Part shown: positions 18,978-27,506 of the stretch, one piece after another
How positions within the stretch are numbered: position 1 is the first letter of the stretch
How the letters are laid out: each line of letters begins with the position of its first letter
From: a virus
Length of the DNA: 64,000 bases
IMG/VR virus record: IMGVR_UViG_3300008116_000004
Strand: one strand, 5' to 3'
Notes under the pieces: model-generated
The model's input: the letters and a program-made list of their open reading frames with translations, nothing else
What the model was told of the DNA's origin: nothing
Database searches by the model: none
Made by a program: the position numbers and the translations under genes

Positions 18978-21344
18978 ATGTCTTTTTTACGTAAAATAGC
19001 TATAGCTTTTGTGGCAGTACTTTCTACATTGACTGTTGCTAAAGCTGATATTGCCGACGGGCAATTTAGTACAAATCAAATATTCGATGTGCAATATTAT
19101 TGGTCAGGAACTACTCTTAACGCTTCTAACTTTATTGCTCCATATGATCAGAACTTTACTCATCCTACTGTAACTTCTGGTCAATACTTTCAATTCTTTA
19201 ATAGTACTACTAATCCAGGGACTTATGGTCTAGGTCTTTATAACAGTGATGGTACTCTTGCACAAGTGCTGCATGATACTGGTACACTTCAAGCTATTGG
19301 TCCAGATGCATTGTTTTATATTGGTTCTGGCTTCTTTGGCACAGTAATCACAACATCAGCTGGTTATAATTATGGTGATAATGCAAGTTTTACTAACATG
19401 GACACTTCTGTATCTGGTACTGATACTACTAGTTATACATGGGCAAGTACAACTCCATTAGCTGCAGGTCAAACTGCAAGTTCTGGTTCTGGTAGTGGTT
19501 CAGGGAGCAGTGTTAGCAACCCAACTAATATGAATTTTGCAACTGGTGATCTAACTGGTTGGACTTCTGGTGGTGGCACTGGAACACAAACATCTTCTTA
19601 TACAGGTACTGGTGTTGGTGTTGCTGTAGTCCAAGGAATGCAAAATTTTAATGCAGGTGGTACTCACTCATGGACTATTACACCACCTACGGGTGACTAC
19701 ATGGTCAGTTTACAACCAACCGGAACACAACAAAGTGGAACTAATGATTTTCAAACAATGGCAACTGCATTAGGTCTTAGTGCTACCAGTGTTACTGAAA
19801 TTCAAAATGCAATGACAGCAACCGGCAACGGTCTTCCAACAAATGCTGCATGGTTATATCAGGATTTAGTATTGTCTAATGGAACTACATTCAACGTTGC
19901 ATGGCAATATGTTTCATCGGACTACGAACCATTTAATGATGGTAGCTTAACATCTCTTGTTAATACTACTGGTACTACAGTTGCAACTGTAAATGGTGAA
20001 AATAAAGAATATGCTCTTCTTGGATTTACTAATGCAGGAACTGGTAACTATTCAGTAGGATCATATGGTGCTACTGGATGGCAACTTGCAACTTATCTTG
20101 TTAATGAAAACGGAACATACAGATTAGGCTTTGGATCATTCAATCTTTCAGATACTGCTCTAAGTCCTATTCTTTTTGTAACTCAATATCAAGGTACAAC
20201 TCTTGATCACGGTGTTGCATTTGGTCCTATTGCTCCTAATCCAGGAAGTAATGCTCCTAACAATTCAGGAGGTGGTAGTGGTACACCTACAATAGTAAGC
20301 ACCGCACCAGGTGCTGATATCGTTACATCAACATCAACTGTTGGTGCAACTGTATCACAAGATACTGTAAATTATACTGCAGCATCTTCTGGTGACACAA
20401 AGACTATCACACAAACTACTGTAACTGCTCACACAACACCAACAACTACTGTTACTATTACAACACCTACTACTGTAGATACTTACAGTGATGGTTCTAC
20501 AGTAACTACTAACGGTACACCTGTAACAACAACCACTACTGTAAGTACTGTTACTTTTGATACTGCTAATGTAGAAGAAACTGCTTATGTTGGTGGTGGA
20601 AATAGTGCATACAATAATGCAATAGTAAAACCATTCTTTGTCGATCCATTAGGTATTCCAGAAGGATCATGGGCTGATGTTTCATTGTCTTCTGGTAATA
20701 ATATTGGTAGTACTAATGTAAACTTTGGTTATCAAAAGACTGTCGAAAATGTTACTGCAGGTGTTGCAGGTTCAGCCGGTAAGGTCGCATCAAGCGGTCT
20801 TAACAATTCATCTGTAACTGGTGATACATATGCAGCAACTGCTTATGTGTTAAATAAGTCTGATGTTGTAGACGTAAAAGGATCAATTGGTTTTGGAATT
20901 GGTAATTATATTGTTAATAATTCAATTGCAAACTTTGGTCTATCTAATCAAACTAAGTCACAACAAAAAACAGCATATGCTGATCTTGCATTTTATTCTC
21001 CAGAAAAGTATGCAGGATGGACACCATTTGCTGGTGTGACTGTTCTTAATAGTGATATTGGTAATGTTGAGGAAACTGGTTCATCATTACTATCAAGTGG
21101 TACTGTTGCATCAAATAAGACATACACAATGCCTTATGTCGGTGTTAAGAACGAAGTATCACCTGGTGTAGTAGTTGAAGTAAAAGCAACTCAAACAGAA
21201 CCATATGGTACTGTTGTATCAGGTAAAGTAACTGCTAAGAATAAAATCACAGACAATGTTTCTCTAAATCTTACTGTAGGTGCTGACAAAGGTCAGAACT
21301 ATGATAGTTTAGCAGTAATGTTAGGTCTTGTAGTTAACTTCTAA
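18978..21344 (+). CDS. Autotransporter-like surface protein (signal peptide, S/T/G-rich passenger, C-terminal beta-barrel)
   Basis: Signal peptide ending AKA; Thr-rich stalk; amphipathic C-terminal strands ending in Phe. Confidence 0.7.
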   Translation: MSFLRKIAIAFVAVLSTLTVAKADIADGQFSTNQIFDVQYYWSGTTLNASNFIAPYDQNFTHPTVTSGQYFQFFNSTTNPGTYGLGLYNSDGTLAQVLHDTGTLQAIGPDALFYIGSGFFGTVITTSAGYNYGDNASFTNMDTSVSGTDTTSYTWASTTPLAAGQTASSGSGSGSGSSVSNPTNMNFATGDLTGWTSGGGTGTQTSSYTGTGVGVAVVQGMQNFNAGGTHSWTITPPTGDYMVSLQPTGTQQSGTNDFQTMATALGLSATSVTEIQNAMTATGNGLPTNAAWLYQDLVLSNGTTFNVAWQYVSSDYEPFNDGSLTSLVNTTGTTVATVNGENKEYALLGFTNAGTGNYSVGSYGATGWQLATYLVNENGTYRLGFGSFNLSDTALSPILFVTQYQGTTLDHGVAFGPIAPNPGSNAPNNSGGGSGTPTIVSTAPGADIVTSTSTVGATVSQDTVNYTAASSGDTKTITQTTVTAHTTPTTTVTITTPTTVDTYSDGSTVTTNGTPVTTTTTVSTVTFDTANVEETAYVGGGNSAYNNAIVKPFFVDPLGIPEGSWADVSLSSGNNIGSTNVNFGYQKTVENVTAGVAGSAGKVASSGLNNSSVTGDTYAATAYVLNKSDVVDVKGSIGFGIGNYIVNNSIANFGLSNQTKSQQKTAYADLAFYSPEKYAGWTPFAGVTVLNSDIGNVEETGSSLLSSGTVASNKTYTMPYVGVKNEVSPGVVVEVKATQTEPYGTVVSGKVTAKNKITDNVSLNLTVGADKGQNYDSLAVMLGLVVNF

Positions 21345-21349
21345 TAGCT

Positions 21350-21382
21350 AAAAAAAAGAGCGGGAATAAAATCCCGCTCTTT
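21350..21382. terminator. Bidirectional terminator
   Basis: A-run, GAGCGGGA/TCCCGCTC stem, T-run, between convergent units. Confidence 0.85.
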
Positions 21383-21389
21383 CTATGTT

Positions 21390-21466
21390 TGGTGCGCATG
21401 GAGGGACTTGAACCCCCAAAACCTAGTTTCTAAGACTAGTACGTATACCAATTCCGTCACACGCGC
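21390..21466 (-). tRNA. tRNA-Leu(UAG), short variable loop
   Basis: CTAGT-CTTAGAA-ACTAG arm; 77 nt; CCA. Confidence 0.9.
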
Positions 21467-21470
21467 TAAT

Positions 21471-21546
21471 TGGTGGACCTTATCGGACTCGAACCGATCA
21501 CCTATAGCTTGCAAAGCTATCGCTCTCCCAGATGAGCTAAAGGCCC
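21471..21546 (-). tRNA. tRNA-Ala(UGC)
   Basis: G3:U70, TGC anticodon, CCA. Confidence 0.95.
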
Positions 21547-21551
21547 TTGAA

Positions 21552-21625
21552 TGGAGCGGGTAACCAGACTCGAACTGGTTTCTACAGCTTGGAAGGCTGG
21601 GGCACAACCCATATACCATACCCGC
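21552..21625 (-). tRNA. tRNA-Gly(UCC)
   Basis: TCC anticodon, U73-CCA. Confidence 0.95.
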
Positions 21626-21632
21626 AATTAGT

Positions 21633-22109
21633 TTAAGCTGCCATTAATTCTTTCAATCTGTCCGCTGCATATGATGCTGCAAAAGCATTAGGCTTGACCA
21701 TAGGTACCACATTACACATACCACGAATATATCCGGTAGCTTCTGAAATAACACAAGAAGAACCATGATGCTCATCAGGATTGATATCAAGGTGTACTTC
21801 CACATGGCGATCCTCCAACACATCGGCCAACTTCATATACAATTCGGCAACCTTATAAACTTCATTCATTAAACGCATACGAGGTTTATCTCGTTGCTGA
21901 TCGAAGTCACGTTCACGTTGAACTTCTCCAAAGATCTTACATCCACGTTTACCATCAATATGAACAACGACAGCAAGAGTATAATCAGCATGCCATACAT
22001 TATTAATCATGAAACGCTCAGAGTCTGCACCAACATACACTTTTGTTTCTGGTGATTGTGCTAGAATATATTGTTTAACTTCTTCGATATTCATTTCTTT
22101 ACGTAACAT
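21633..22109 (-). CDS. RNase H-like YkuK (DUF458) family protein
   Basis: VYVGADS, RLMNEV, EVHLDINP, ASYAADR. Confidence 0.75.
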   Translation of the reverse strand: MLRKEMNIEEVKQYILAQSPETKVYVGADSERFMINNVWHADYTLAVVVHIDGKRGCKIFGEVQRERDFDQQRDKPRMRLMNEVYKVAELYMKLADVLEDRHVEVHLDINPDEHHGSSCVISEATGYIRGMCNVVPMVKPNAFAASYAADRLKELMAA

Positions 22110-22120
22110 GACCGCTCTCC

Positions 22121-22720
22121 TCAGTCTATATAAAATCCCTTCCTATTATAGTCAGGGGATTCAACAAATCTTAAATTACCTGATACTGATATATGTTCAT
22201 CTTTCCATACTGGTATTGCAATTGAATTACCATGTACAAAGTCAGGATTTTTTCTAAGATGTATTTCTATTGGATTTCCATCGATATATTCTATATTAAT
22301 ATATTCGTATTTTTTAATCAACGGAAAAAATATGGAAGGTAGAGGTATAATATCATCTACTTTTACCCATTTACTAAAACGCCAAAGTTCTTCTGAGTTT
22401 CTATGACCTTCGACTGTTAGTACTTGTCTACCTTCTTTGTAGTCAATACTTAAATGTCTACCTTTGAATACCTCACACCAGAAGTATCCAAATGGTAAAT
22501 GACTAGTATCATCTTTTATGTAATGAAATTCTGCACCACGACCCATACCTGGAATATTAACACATGGTCTTACGATATAAGTATCAGGTCTAGGTACAAC
22601 CATACCTACTGGGCCGCAATTGTATTTTAGCTTTCTTGCAACTATTAACTTATCGAATATCCAAAGATCTTCATCTTTAGCATTCTTCCATGCAATAGCT
22701 TCTACTTCATAGTCTTCCAT
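22121..22720 (-). CDS. ATP-grasp-like phage protein
   Basis: YIVRP, FWCEVFKGRHLSIDY, INIEYI...IEIHLR.NPDF. Confidence 0.5.
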   Translation of the reverse strand: MEDYEVEAIAWKNAKDEDLWIFDKLIVARKLKYNCGPVGMVVPRPDTYIVRPCVNIPGMGRGAEFHYIKDDTSHLPFGYFWCEVFKGRHLSIDYKEGRQVLTVEGHRNSEELWRFSKWVKVDDIIPLPSIFFPLIKKYEYINIEYIDGNPIEIHLRKNPDFVHGNSIAIPVWKDEHISVSGNLRFVESPDYNRKGFYID

Positions 22721-22736
22721 GGCATACTCAAAGAAA

Positions 22737-22811
22737 TGGAGCGGAGAATGGGATTCGAACCCACGACCGTCTGCTTGGCAAGCAGAAGCTCTACCCCTGA
22801 GCTACCTCCGC
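22737..22811 (-). tRNA. tRNA-Gly(GCC)
   Basis: GCC anticodon, U73-CCA. Confidence 0.95.
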
Positions 22812-22813
22812 AT

Positions 22814-22821
22814 TATAAATA
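22814..22821 (+). promoter_or_regulatory. T4-type late promoter
   Basis: TATAAATA about 20 nt upstream of the ATG at 22841. Confidence 0.7.
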
Positions 22822-22840
22822 TTTATTTGAGGGATACACT

Positions 22841-23137
22841 ATGAAAAAATTATTACTTGCAGTCCCATTTATGTTATTACCATTTAGTTCTTTTGCCGCT
22901 GAGCCATCTGGTCAAGTTGCTAAAAAACCCGTTCTATGTTTTGCATTAGACGAGATACTCAACCATCTTAAATCTGAATATGGTGAAATAGTATCAAGAA
23001 AATTTGGTAAAATTGATTTTTTTGAAACTGATGCAATGTTGTTAGAGAACACAGAAAAAGGTTCTTGGACTATTATTGAATATAAAGATAATGTAGGGTG
23101 TGTTATTGCATCTGGTAAAGGTGCAAATAAAGTCTAG
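22841..23137 (+). CDS. Secreted hypothetical protein
   Basis: MKKLLLAVPF signal peptide; GAGGG RBS. Confidence 0.65.
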   Translation: MKKLLLAVPFMLLPFSSFAAEPSGQVAKKPVLCFALDEILNHLKSEYGEIVSRKFGKIDFFETDAMLLENTEKGSWTIIEYKDNVGCVIASGKGANKV

Positions 23138-24294
23138 TTTATATATTTTTGTAAAGTATTGCGTATACCTAATTGAGTAAGATTTTGATTAAAAGAAATT
23201 GGATTCCAAGTACCATATTCAAATTTTTCTTTTAAATAGCCAAATTTTATAGTATCACTTTGTAAAATCATATCTACTAATTTTGAATTCTTTATTGCCT
23301 GATCTATTTTCAATTTACCATTATTTTTTGCCATTGACCAAAATCTAGTATCAAACGAAGATCCAGCATAATAATGCAGCATGATCATAGCTTCTACTTC
23401 GTTAATAGTATCAAAATAAAGATTATTAACCCTGTCTAGTGAAGCTTCACCTGTCCATAAACTAAAAGCAGATCTTTGAATTAAGTCCATAGTAGAAATT
23501 GATGTTGCTTCTAATGGTTCTAAAAAGAATGATGCATTACCGTTATAAGATATTCTTTTACTGTAATTTTCTTTTCTATAATAATTGCCAAAAGAAAATG
23601 TATTGGTAATTCCGCTAGGTACTAGATTAAACTCCTCAAAAATATTCTTTACATCTTCTTTTACTTCTTCTAATGTATTAATATTATTATTGTACAAGTA
23701 ACCAATAGAACATCTGTTCTGTAGGGGTATACCAAATACCCAACCATATGGTCTAGCTATAGTTAATGTATATTGAAATCTAGGATATTCCCACATACAT
23801 TGATTGACGTGCACTGAATTAACTGGAATATAATTTGATTCTATAAAATTATCTTTATTAATTTCCGGTTTACCAGAACAATCCATTATAAAGTCTGCAT
23901 CTATTTGATCTGATAATACATTTTTTTCTATAAATTTAAAACGTTTATTATTTTGCACTAATGAAAAAATATATTCTTGAAATTTAACTGCATTAAAATG
24001 TATACCAATATTAGGGGGAGAAAAATGATGATGAAATTCTTTTACGTTAGTTCCCCAGTTTTGTTTGTATATAGATTCTTTTACTGTACCGTCTAACTTT
24101 TTTAAATCTTGATAGGTAAACCCTATATTCTCATAAAGTGCTAGTGGAAAAACTAAATTAGACCCTTCACCAACTGCTTGTGGTTTAATATTATGGTCAA
24201 AATACCAATCAATATCCCAATCAGTCCAACGCATAAAATGAGTTGCTGAAAAAGCTCCTGCAGTACCTTTACCTATGATTGCTAATTTTTTCAT
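23134..24294 (-). CDS. Tryptophan halogenase-like FAD-dependent oxidoreductase
   Basis: IIGKGTAG, VGEGS, DCSG, GWVFGIPL, GNASFFLEPLEATS. Confidence 0.8.
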   Translation of the reverse strand: MKKLAIIGKGTAGAFSATHFMRWTDWDIDWYFDHNIKPQAVGEGSNLVFPLALYENIGFTYQDLKKLDGTVKESIYKQNWGTNVKEFHHHFSPPNIGIHFNAVKFQEYIFSLVQNNKRFKFIEKNVLSDQIDADFIMDCSGKPEINKDNFIESNYIPVNSVHVNQCMWEYPRFQYTLTIARPYGWVFGIPLQNRCSIGYLYNNNINTLEEVKEDVKNIFEEFNLVPSGITNTFSFGNYYRKENYSKRISYNGNASFFLEPLEATSISTMDLIQRSAFSLWTGEASLDRVNNLYFDTINEVEAMIMLHYYAGSSFDTRFWSMAKNNGKLKIDQAIKNSKLVDMILQSDTIKFGYLKEKFEYGTWNPISFNQNLTQLGIRNTLQKYIN

Positions 24295-24311
24295 TTTTTC
24301 TTTTTTGTAAT

Positions 24312-24386
24312 TGGTGGGTGATGAGAGGGTCGAACTCCCGACATTCTCGGTGTAAACGAGACGCTCTACCACTGAGCTAATCACCC
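24312..24386 (-). tRNA. tRNA-Val(UAC)
   Basis: TAC anticodon, CCA. Confidence 0.95.
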
Positions 24387-24393
24387 AAAATCA

Positions 24394-24501
24394 TTACATG
24401 CACAAGTCTTCATACTTAGTAGTGAACTGTCTATGTTTAGATTGCTCGCCATTAATATGATTGTACCACATAAAGTATAAAAAGTCTACTATTTTTTTCA
24501 T
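24394..24501 (-). CDS. 35-aa small ORF between tRNA-Trp and tRNA-Val
   Basis: MKKIVDFLYFMWYNHINGEQSKHRQFTTKYEDLCM; AAGGAAG upstream; contains a TAGACT-N17-TACAAT promoter-like site. Confidence 0.45.
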   Translation of the reverse strand: MKKIVDFLYFMWYNHINGEQSKHRQFTTKYEDLCM

Positions 24502-24517
24502 TTCATCTTCCTTTAAA

Positions 24518-24592
24518 TGGCACCAGGACCCAGCAACGATCTGGGAACTTCGGTTTTGGAGACCGACATTTTGCCAATTAAACTATCCCGGC
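24518..24592 (-). tRNA. tRNA-Trp(CCA), atypical T-loop
   Basis: TCGGT-CTCCAAA-ACCGA arm; T-loop ATCGTTG; G73-CCA. Confidence 0.8.
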
Positions 24593-24867
24593 TCTTTCTC
24601 TATTACGACACCGATATATTTCTTATTAACCAACACTCCTAAGAATGTTCCTAGAAACGCTCCAAGACCAGCAGGTATCAAAAGCATATTATTACCTACA
24701 TAGCCAATAATTGCAACACTATGTACTAAGAAAATAAACACACTAGTACTTGCAGATGCTATTGCACTATCATTCTGAATATGTCTAATATAGATAGCAT
24801 TGATAAAATCAACAATAAACATAGATAGGAATGCAAGCACTGCATTCAATAACAAAGAATCAAACAT
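24583..24867 (-). CDS. Small membrane protein
   Basis: Three hydrophobic segments; 3' end overlaps tRNA-Trp by 10 nt. Confidence 0.6.
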   Translation of the reverse strand: MFDSLLLNAVLAFLSMFIVDFINAIYIRHIQNDSAIASASTSVFIFLVHSVAIIGYVGNNMLLIPAGLGAFLGTFLGVLVNKKYIGVVIEKEPG

Positions 24868-24868
24868 G

Positions 24869-25516
24869 TTATCTCTTAATTAATTCATTAGTAAAATCTA
24901 AAAGAAGATCCCAATTAGAAGTCTTCTCTGGTTGCCATTTCTTCTTCATCCACGAATGACAACTATACCAGTTCTCATCTGCTTCCGGGTGTGAGCCAAT
25001 TAATCCTACGCGTCCCTGATAACCAGCCATAACATCGCCGTTAGGATAAGTAGCCACAACATCCATTCTACCGTTACCAACAATGCTACATCCATCATAC
25101 CAATAAATCCTCTCTTCATTACCTAACCAACTAACTTCGAGATCTTTTGGATGTGGTCTTCTTGTTTTTGAACCAGGGCGCCCCATAAATTGGACACAAT
25201 CACGACCTTTAACTAGGTCTAAGTATTTGCTTCCTGCCCAATAGGCACCCATACAAATACCAAGATAATGACCGCCATTATTAATATATTCTCTAATAGT
25301 ATCTTTATGATGTTTCATCACTTTATCAAAAGTGTCTACATCACCTACACCACCAGGAACAGCAATAACATCTACATCGTCAAAAAAATTATCATAAGGT
25401 ATTTTATGACGAGTAAAGATTTTAAATGTGTGCTGAGATTGTAATGCATTAATGATAGCATTAACGCCATCAACTGAGCATCTAGGATGATCTAAGAACA
25501 GCGCAATCTTACCCAT
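24869..25516 (-). CDS. BPL_N / class I glutamine amidotransferase-like protein
   Basis: VPGG, GGHYLGICMGAYWA, GSHPE. Confidence 0.75.
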   Translation of the reverse strand: MGKIALFLDHPRCSVDGVNAIINALQSQHTFKIFTRHKIPYDNFFDDVDVIAVPGGVGDVDTFDKVMKHHKDTIREYINNGGHYLGICMGAYWAGSKYLDLVKGRDCVQFMGRPGSKTRRPHPKDLEVSWLGNEERIYWYDGCSIVGNGRMDVVATYPNGDVMAGYQGRVGLIGSHPEADENWYSCHSWMKKKWQPEKTSNWDLLLDFTNELIKR

Positions 25517-25541
25517 TACAACCTCATTATTATACAACTAT

Positions 25542-26246
25542 TTATCGGAAGACATTACTTAATTTGTATAGGTAGCTTTTCAGTTTATAATGTTCTTTAT
25601 CTGTTATTAATCTAAAAACGTGATCGTATTCTTCGTCTTTTACTGGAACTATTTTAACTAGAGGTGTCCCAGCTTTCAATATTTCTTTCTTACCTAATGC
25701 ATGCCAATAAACTTGTACATTAATATTATTTGATAACTGAGTATCTAAGAGTCCTGGTATTACACTAAATCTTGTTTCATTATCATACCATACTGGTAAG
25801 AATAAAACTTTATAACCTTTTGGTACATTAACATACCAAGGTGTACTAAATTTCAAGACAGTTTGAAGTGTATTAGGTCTTGGAAAATGTTCAAAAAATA
25901 TTTTTTCGTTAAAAAAATCAATTTCTTTTTTTGTAACACCTTTGAAATTTAAATTTTTTATAACATAATCATCAGCATTTAATGGTGCATTCCACTCAAA
26001 CCATTCACCGGTATTGTTTGCTTCTATCGAAAAATCTTGCCAAGTTCTAATAATATAACCAGTTTTACTATAGTCTATTATACCTGGGCAGTTTTTAATA
26101 TTAGCTTTAGCATCTGGAGATATTTTTACTTTCTTAAATGTTTCAATAAAGTTTGTTTTACTTAATTGAGGAGGATAGTGTTCAAGAGCTACAGGTATAT
26201 CTGTATAAAATTCTATAATAGGTTTAGTCTTAAACATATTAAACAT
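25542..26246 (-). CDS. Phage hypothetical protein (paralog of 26587-27312)
   Basis: KNCPGIIDY..GY..RTWQD, PVWYDNE.RF.VIPGLL, LKAGTP. Confidence 0.7.
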   Translation of the reverse strand: MFNMFKTKPIIEFYTDIPVALEHYPPQLSKTNFIETFKKVKISPDAKANIKNCPGIIDYSKTGYIIRTWQDFSIEANNTGEWFEWNAPLNADDYVIKNLNFKGVTKKEIDFFNEKIFFEHFPRPNTLQTVLKFSTPWYVNVPKGYKVLFLPVWYDNETRFSVIPGLLDTQLSNNINVQVYWHALGKKEILKAGTPLVKIVPVKDEEYDHVFRLITDKEHYKLKSYLYKLSNVFR

Positions 26247-26261
26247 AACTACTCCACTAAA

Positions 26262-26338
26262 TGGCGACCGCTACCGGGCTCGAACCGGCGACCTCTAGCG
26301 TGACAGGCTAGCGCTCTGACCGACTGAGCTAAGCGGCC
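26262..26338 (-). tRNA. tRNA-Asp(GUC)
   Basis: GTC anticodon, G73-CCA. Confidence 0.95.
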
Positions 26339-26344
26339 TTGTAC

Positions 26345-26420
26345 TGGAGGGGAAGATGGGACTCGAACCCACATAAAAAGGTTTTGCAGACCTCTGCCTA
26401 GCCATTCGACGCACTTCCCC
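26345..26420 (-). tRNA. tRNA-Cys(GCA)
   Basis: GCA anticodon, U73-CCA. Confidence 0.9.
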
Positions 26421-26511
26421 AAATATAGAGACCGTTGACTCGCCGGATAGTCTCACTGGTTAATTCCAGGTGCCTGTTGCGCTTTTCTATAGAGGCGTGG
26501 CCGGTACATAA

Positions 26512-26587
26512 TGGTGCCCACAACAAGATTCGAACTCGTGACCTACTGATTACTAATCAGTTGCTCTACCAACTGAGCTATGTGGGC
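26512..26587 (-). tRNA. tRNA-Thr(AGU), rare A34
   Basis: ACTGA-TTAGTAA-TCAGT arm; G1:C72, C2:G71; CCA. Confidence 0.9.
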
Positions 26588-27312
26588 TAAAAATGATTAT
26601 TTTTTAATAAACTAAATTTCTTAAAAGTAGAAGCGTCTTCTTTTGTAACTTGCCTTACTGTAATATTATTTTTTTCCATCTTAAATGGTATAATTTTTAC
26701 AATAGGAGTGCCAGCTTTAAGTACTTCTTCTGTACCTAATTTATTCCACTGAATAGCGACATTTATCTGTTGATCTGTACCAGCTGGAAGTAATCCTGGT
26801 ATTACTGTAAATCTTTCTTCATTATCATACCAGACGGGTAAAAATAATGCACCATAATCTTTAGGAAGTTTTATACACCATCTTGTAGGTATCTGAAGAA
26901 TAAACTTTAAAGTATTATCTCTATAAAAATAAGGTGAATACATCTCTTTTGGAAAATGAGATATTTCATTATTAAAATATGTATTTTGTTTTAAATATTC
27001 TGATGCATATTTTTCAGTATTCGTAGCTGACTTCCATTCATAGTACTCACCATCTTCTGATGTGCGAATATGAATATCTTGCCACAATCTTATTACATGT
27101 CCATATTTGTAATATTCGATAATAGCAGGGCAGTTTTTTAAATTTACTTCTGAAGTATAATTAAGTTCTGGGTTTAGTTTTGATGGTTTAATATTCTTAA
27201 AGATATTTGCAATATCTTTTTTACCATTATCTGGTGGAAATGTTTCTAATAATTCTGGAATGATAGGGTAGAATTCTATCTTTGGTTTATTAAAAAAACT
27301 AAACAATGTCAC
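26587..27312 (-). CDS. Phage hypothetical protein (paralog of 25542-26246)
   Basis: Shared motifs KNCP, RLWQD, PVWYDNE, KAGTP. Confidence 0.7.
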   Translation of the reverse strand: MTLFSFFNKPKIEFYPIIPELLETFPPDNGKKDIANIFKNIKPSKLNPELNYTSEVNLKNCPAIIEYYKYGHVIRLWQDIHIRTSEDGEYYEWKSATNTEKYASEYLKQNTYFNNEISHFPKEMYSPYFYRDNTLKFILQIPTRWCIKLPKDYGALFLPVWYDNEERFTVIPGLLPAGTDQQINVAIQWNKLGTEEVLKAGTPIVKIIPFKMEKNNITVRQVTKEDASTFKKFSLLKNNHF

Positions 27313-27322
27313 ACCTTTAAAC

Positions 27323-27383
27323 TGGGCGGGAGAAAAGGATTTAACCTTTTAATTGCAGCTGCTGTTTCCAAACAGCTCTCCCG
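27323..27383 (-). ncRNA. 61-nt D-armless tRNA-like RNA or tRNA pseudogene
   Basis: CGGGAGA/TCTCCCG acceptor + C-CCA, T-like arm AAAGG-TTAAAT-CCTTT, one internal hairpin GCTGT-TTGGAA-ACAGC. Confidence 0.6.
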
Positions 27384-27386
27384 ATA

Positions 27387-27461
27387 TGGTGCCCAAAGAG
27401 AGGATTGAACTCCCGACCTATCGCTTACAAGGCGATTGCACTACCGCTGTGCTATTTGGGC
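27387..27461 (-). tRNA. tRNA-Thr(UGU)
   Basis: TGT anticodon, CCA. Confidence 0.95.
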
Positions 27462-27472
27462 AATCATTTTAT

Positions 27473-27501
27473 ATGATAGATTAAATTATAATATAATGCA
27501 A
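27473..27501 (-). promoter_or_regulatory. Sigma70-like early promoter for tRNA-Thr block
   Basis: TTGCAT-N17-TATCAT. Confidence 0.6.
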
Positions 27502-27506
27502 CTATT

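Noticed and set aside
21390-21466. Amber suppressor tRNA or genetic-code reassignment
   Set aside because: The anticodon reads 5'-UAG-3' (Leu, decodes CUA), not CUA. No CUA/UUA/UCA anticodon was found, and core genes are intact in code 11.
21383-21619. ORF-track entries overlapping tRNAs (also 30003-30206, 31610-31858, and N-terminal extensions of 22736, 23134 and 30160)
   Set aside because: They run through tRNA genes; true starts with an RBS lie outside the tRNAs.
24394-24501. Third leader-peptide attenuator
   Set aside because: The peptide covers 18 amino acids, but no terminator or antiterminator lies between it and tRNA-Val.
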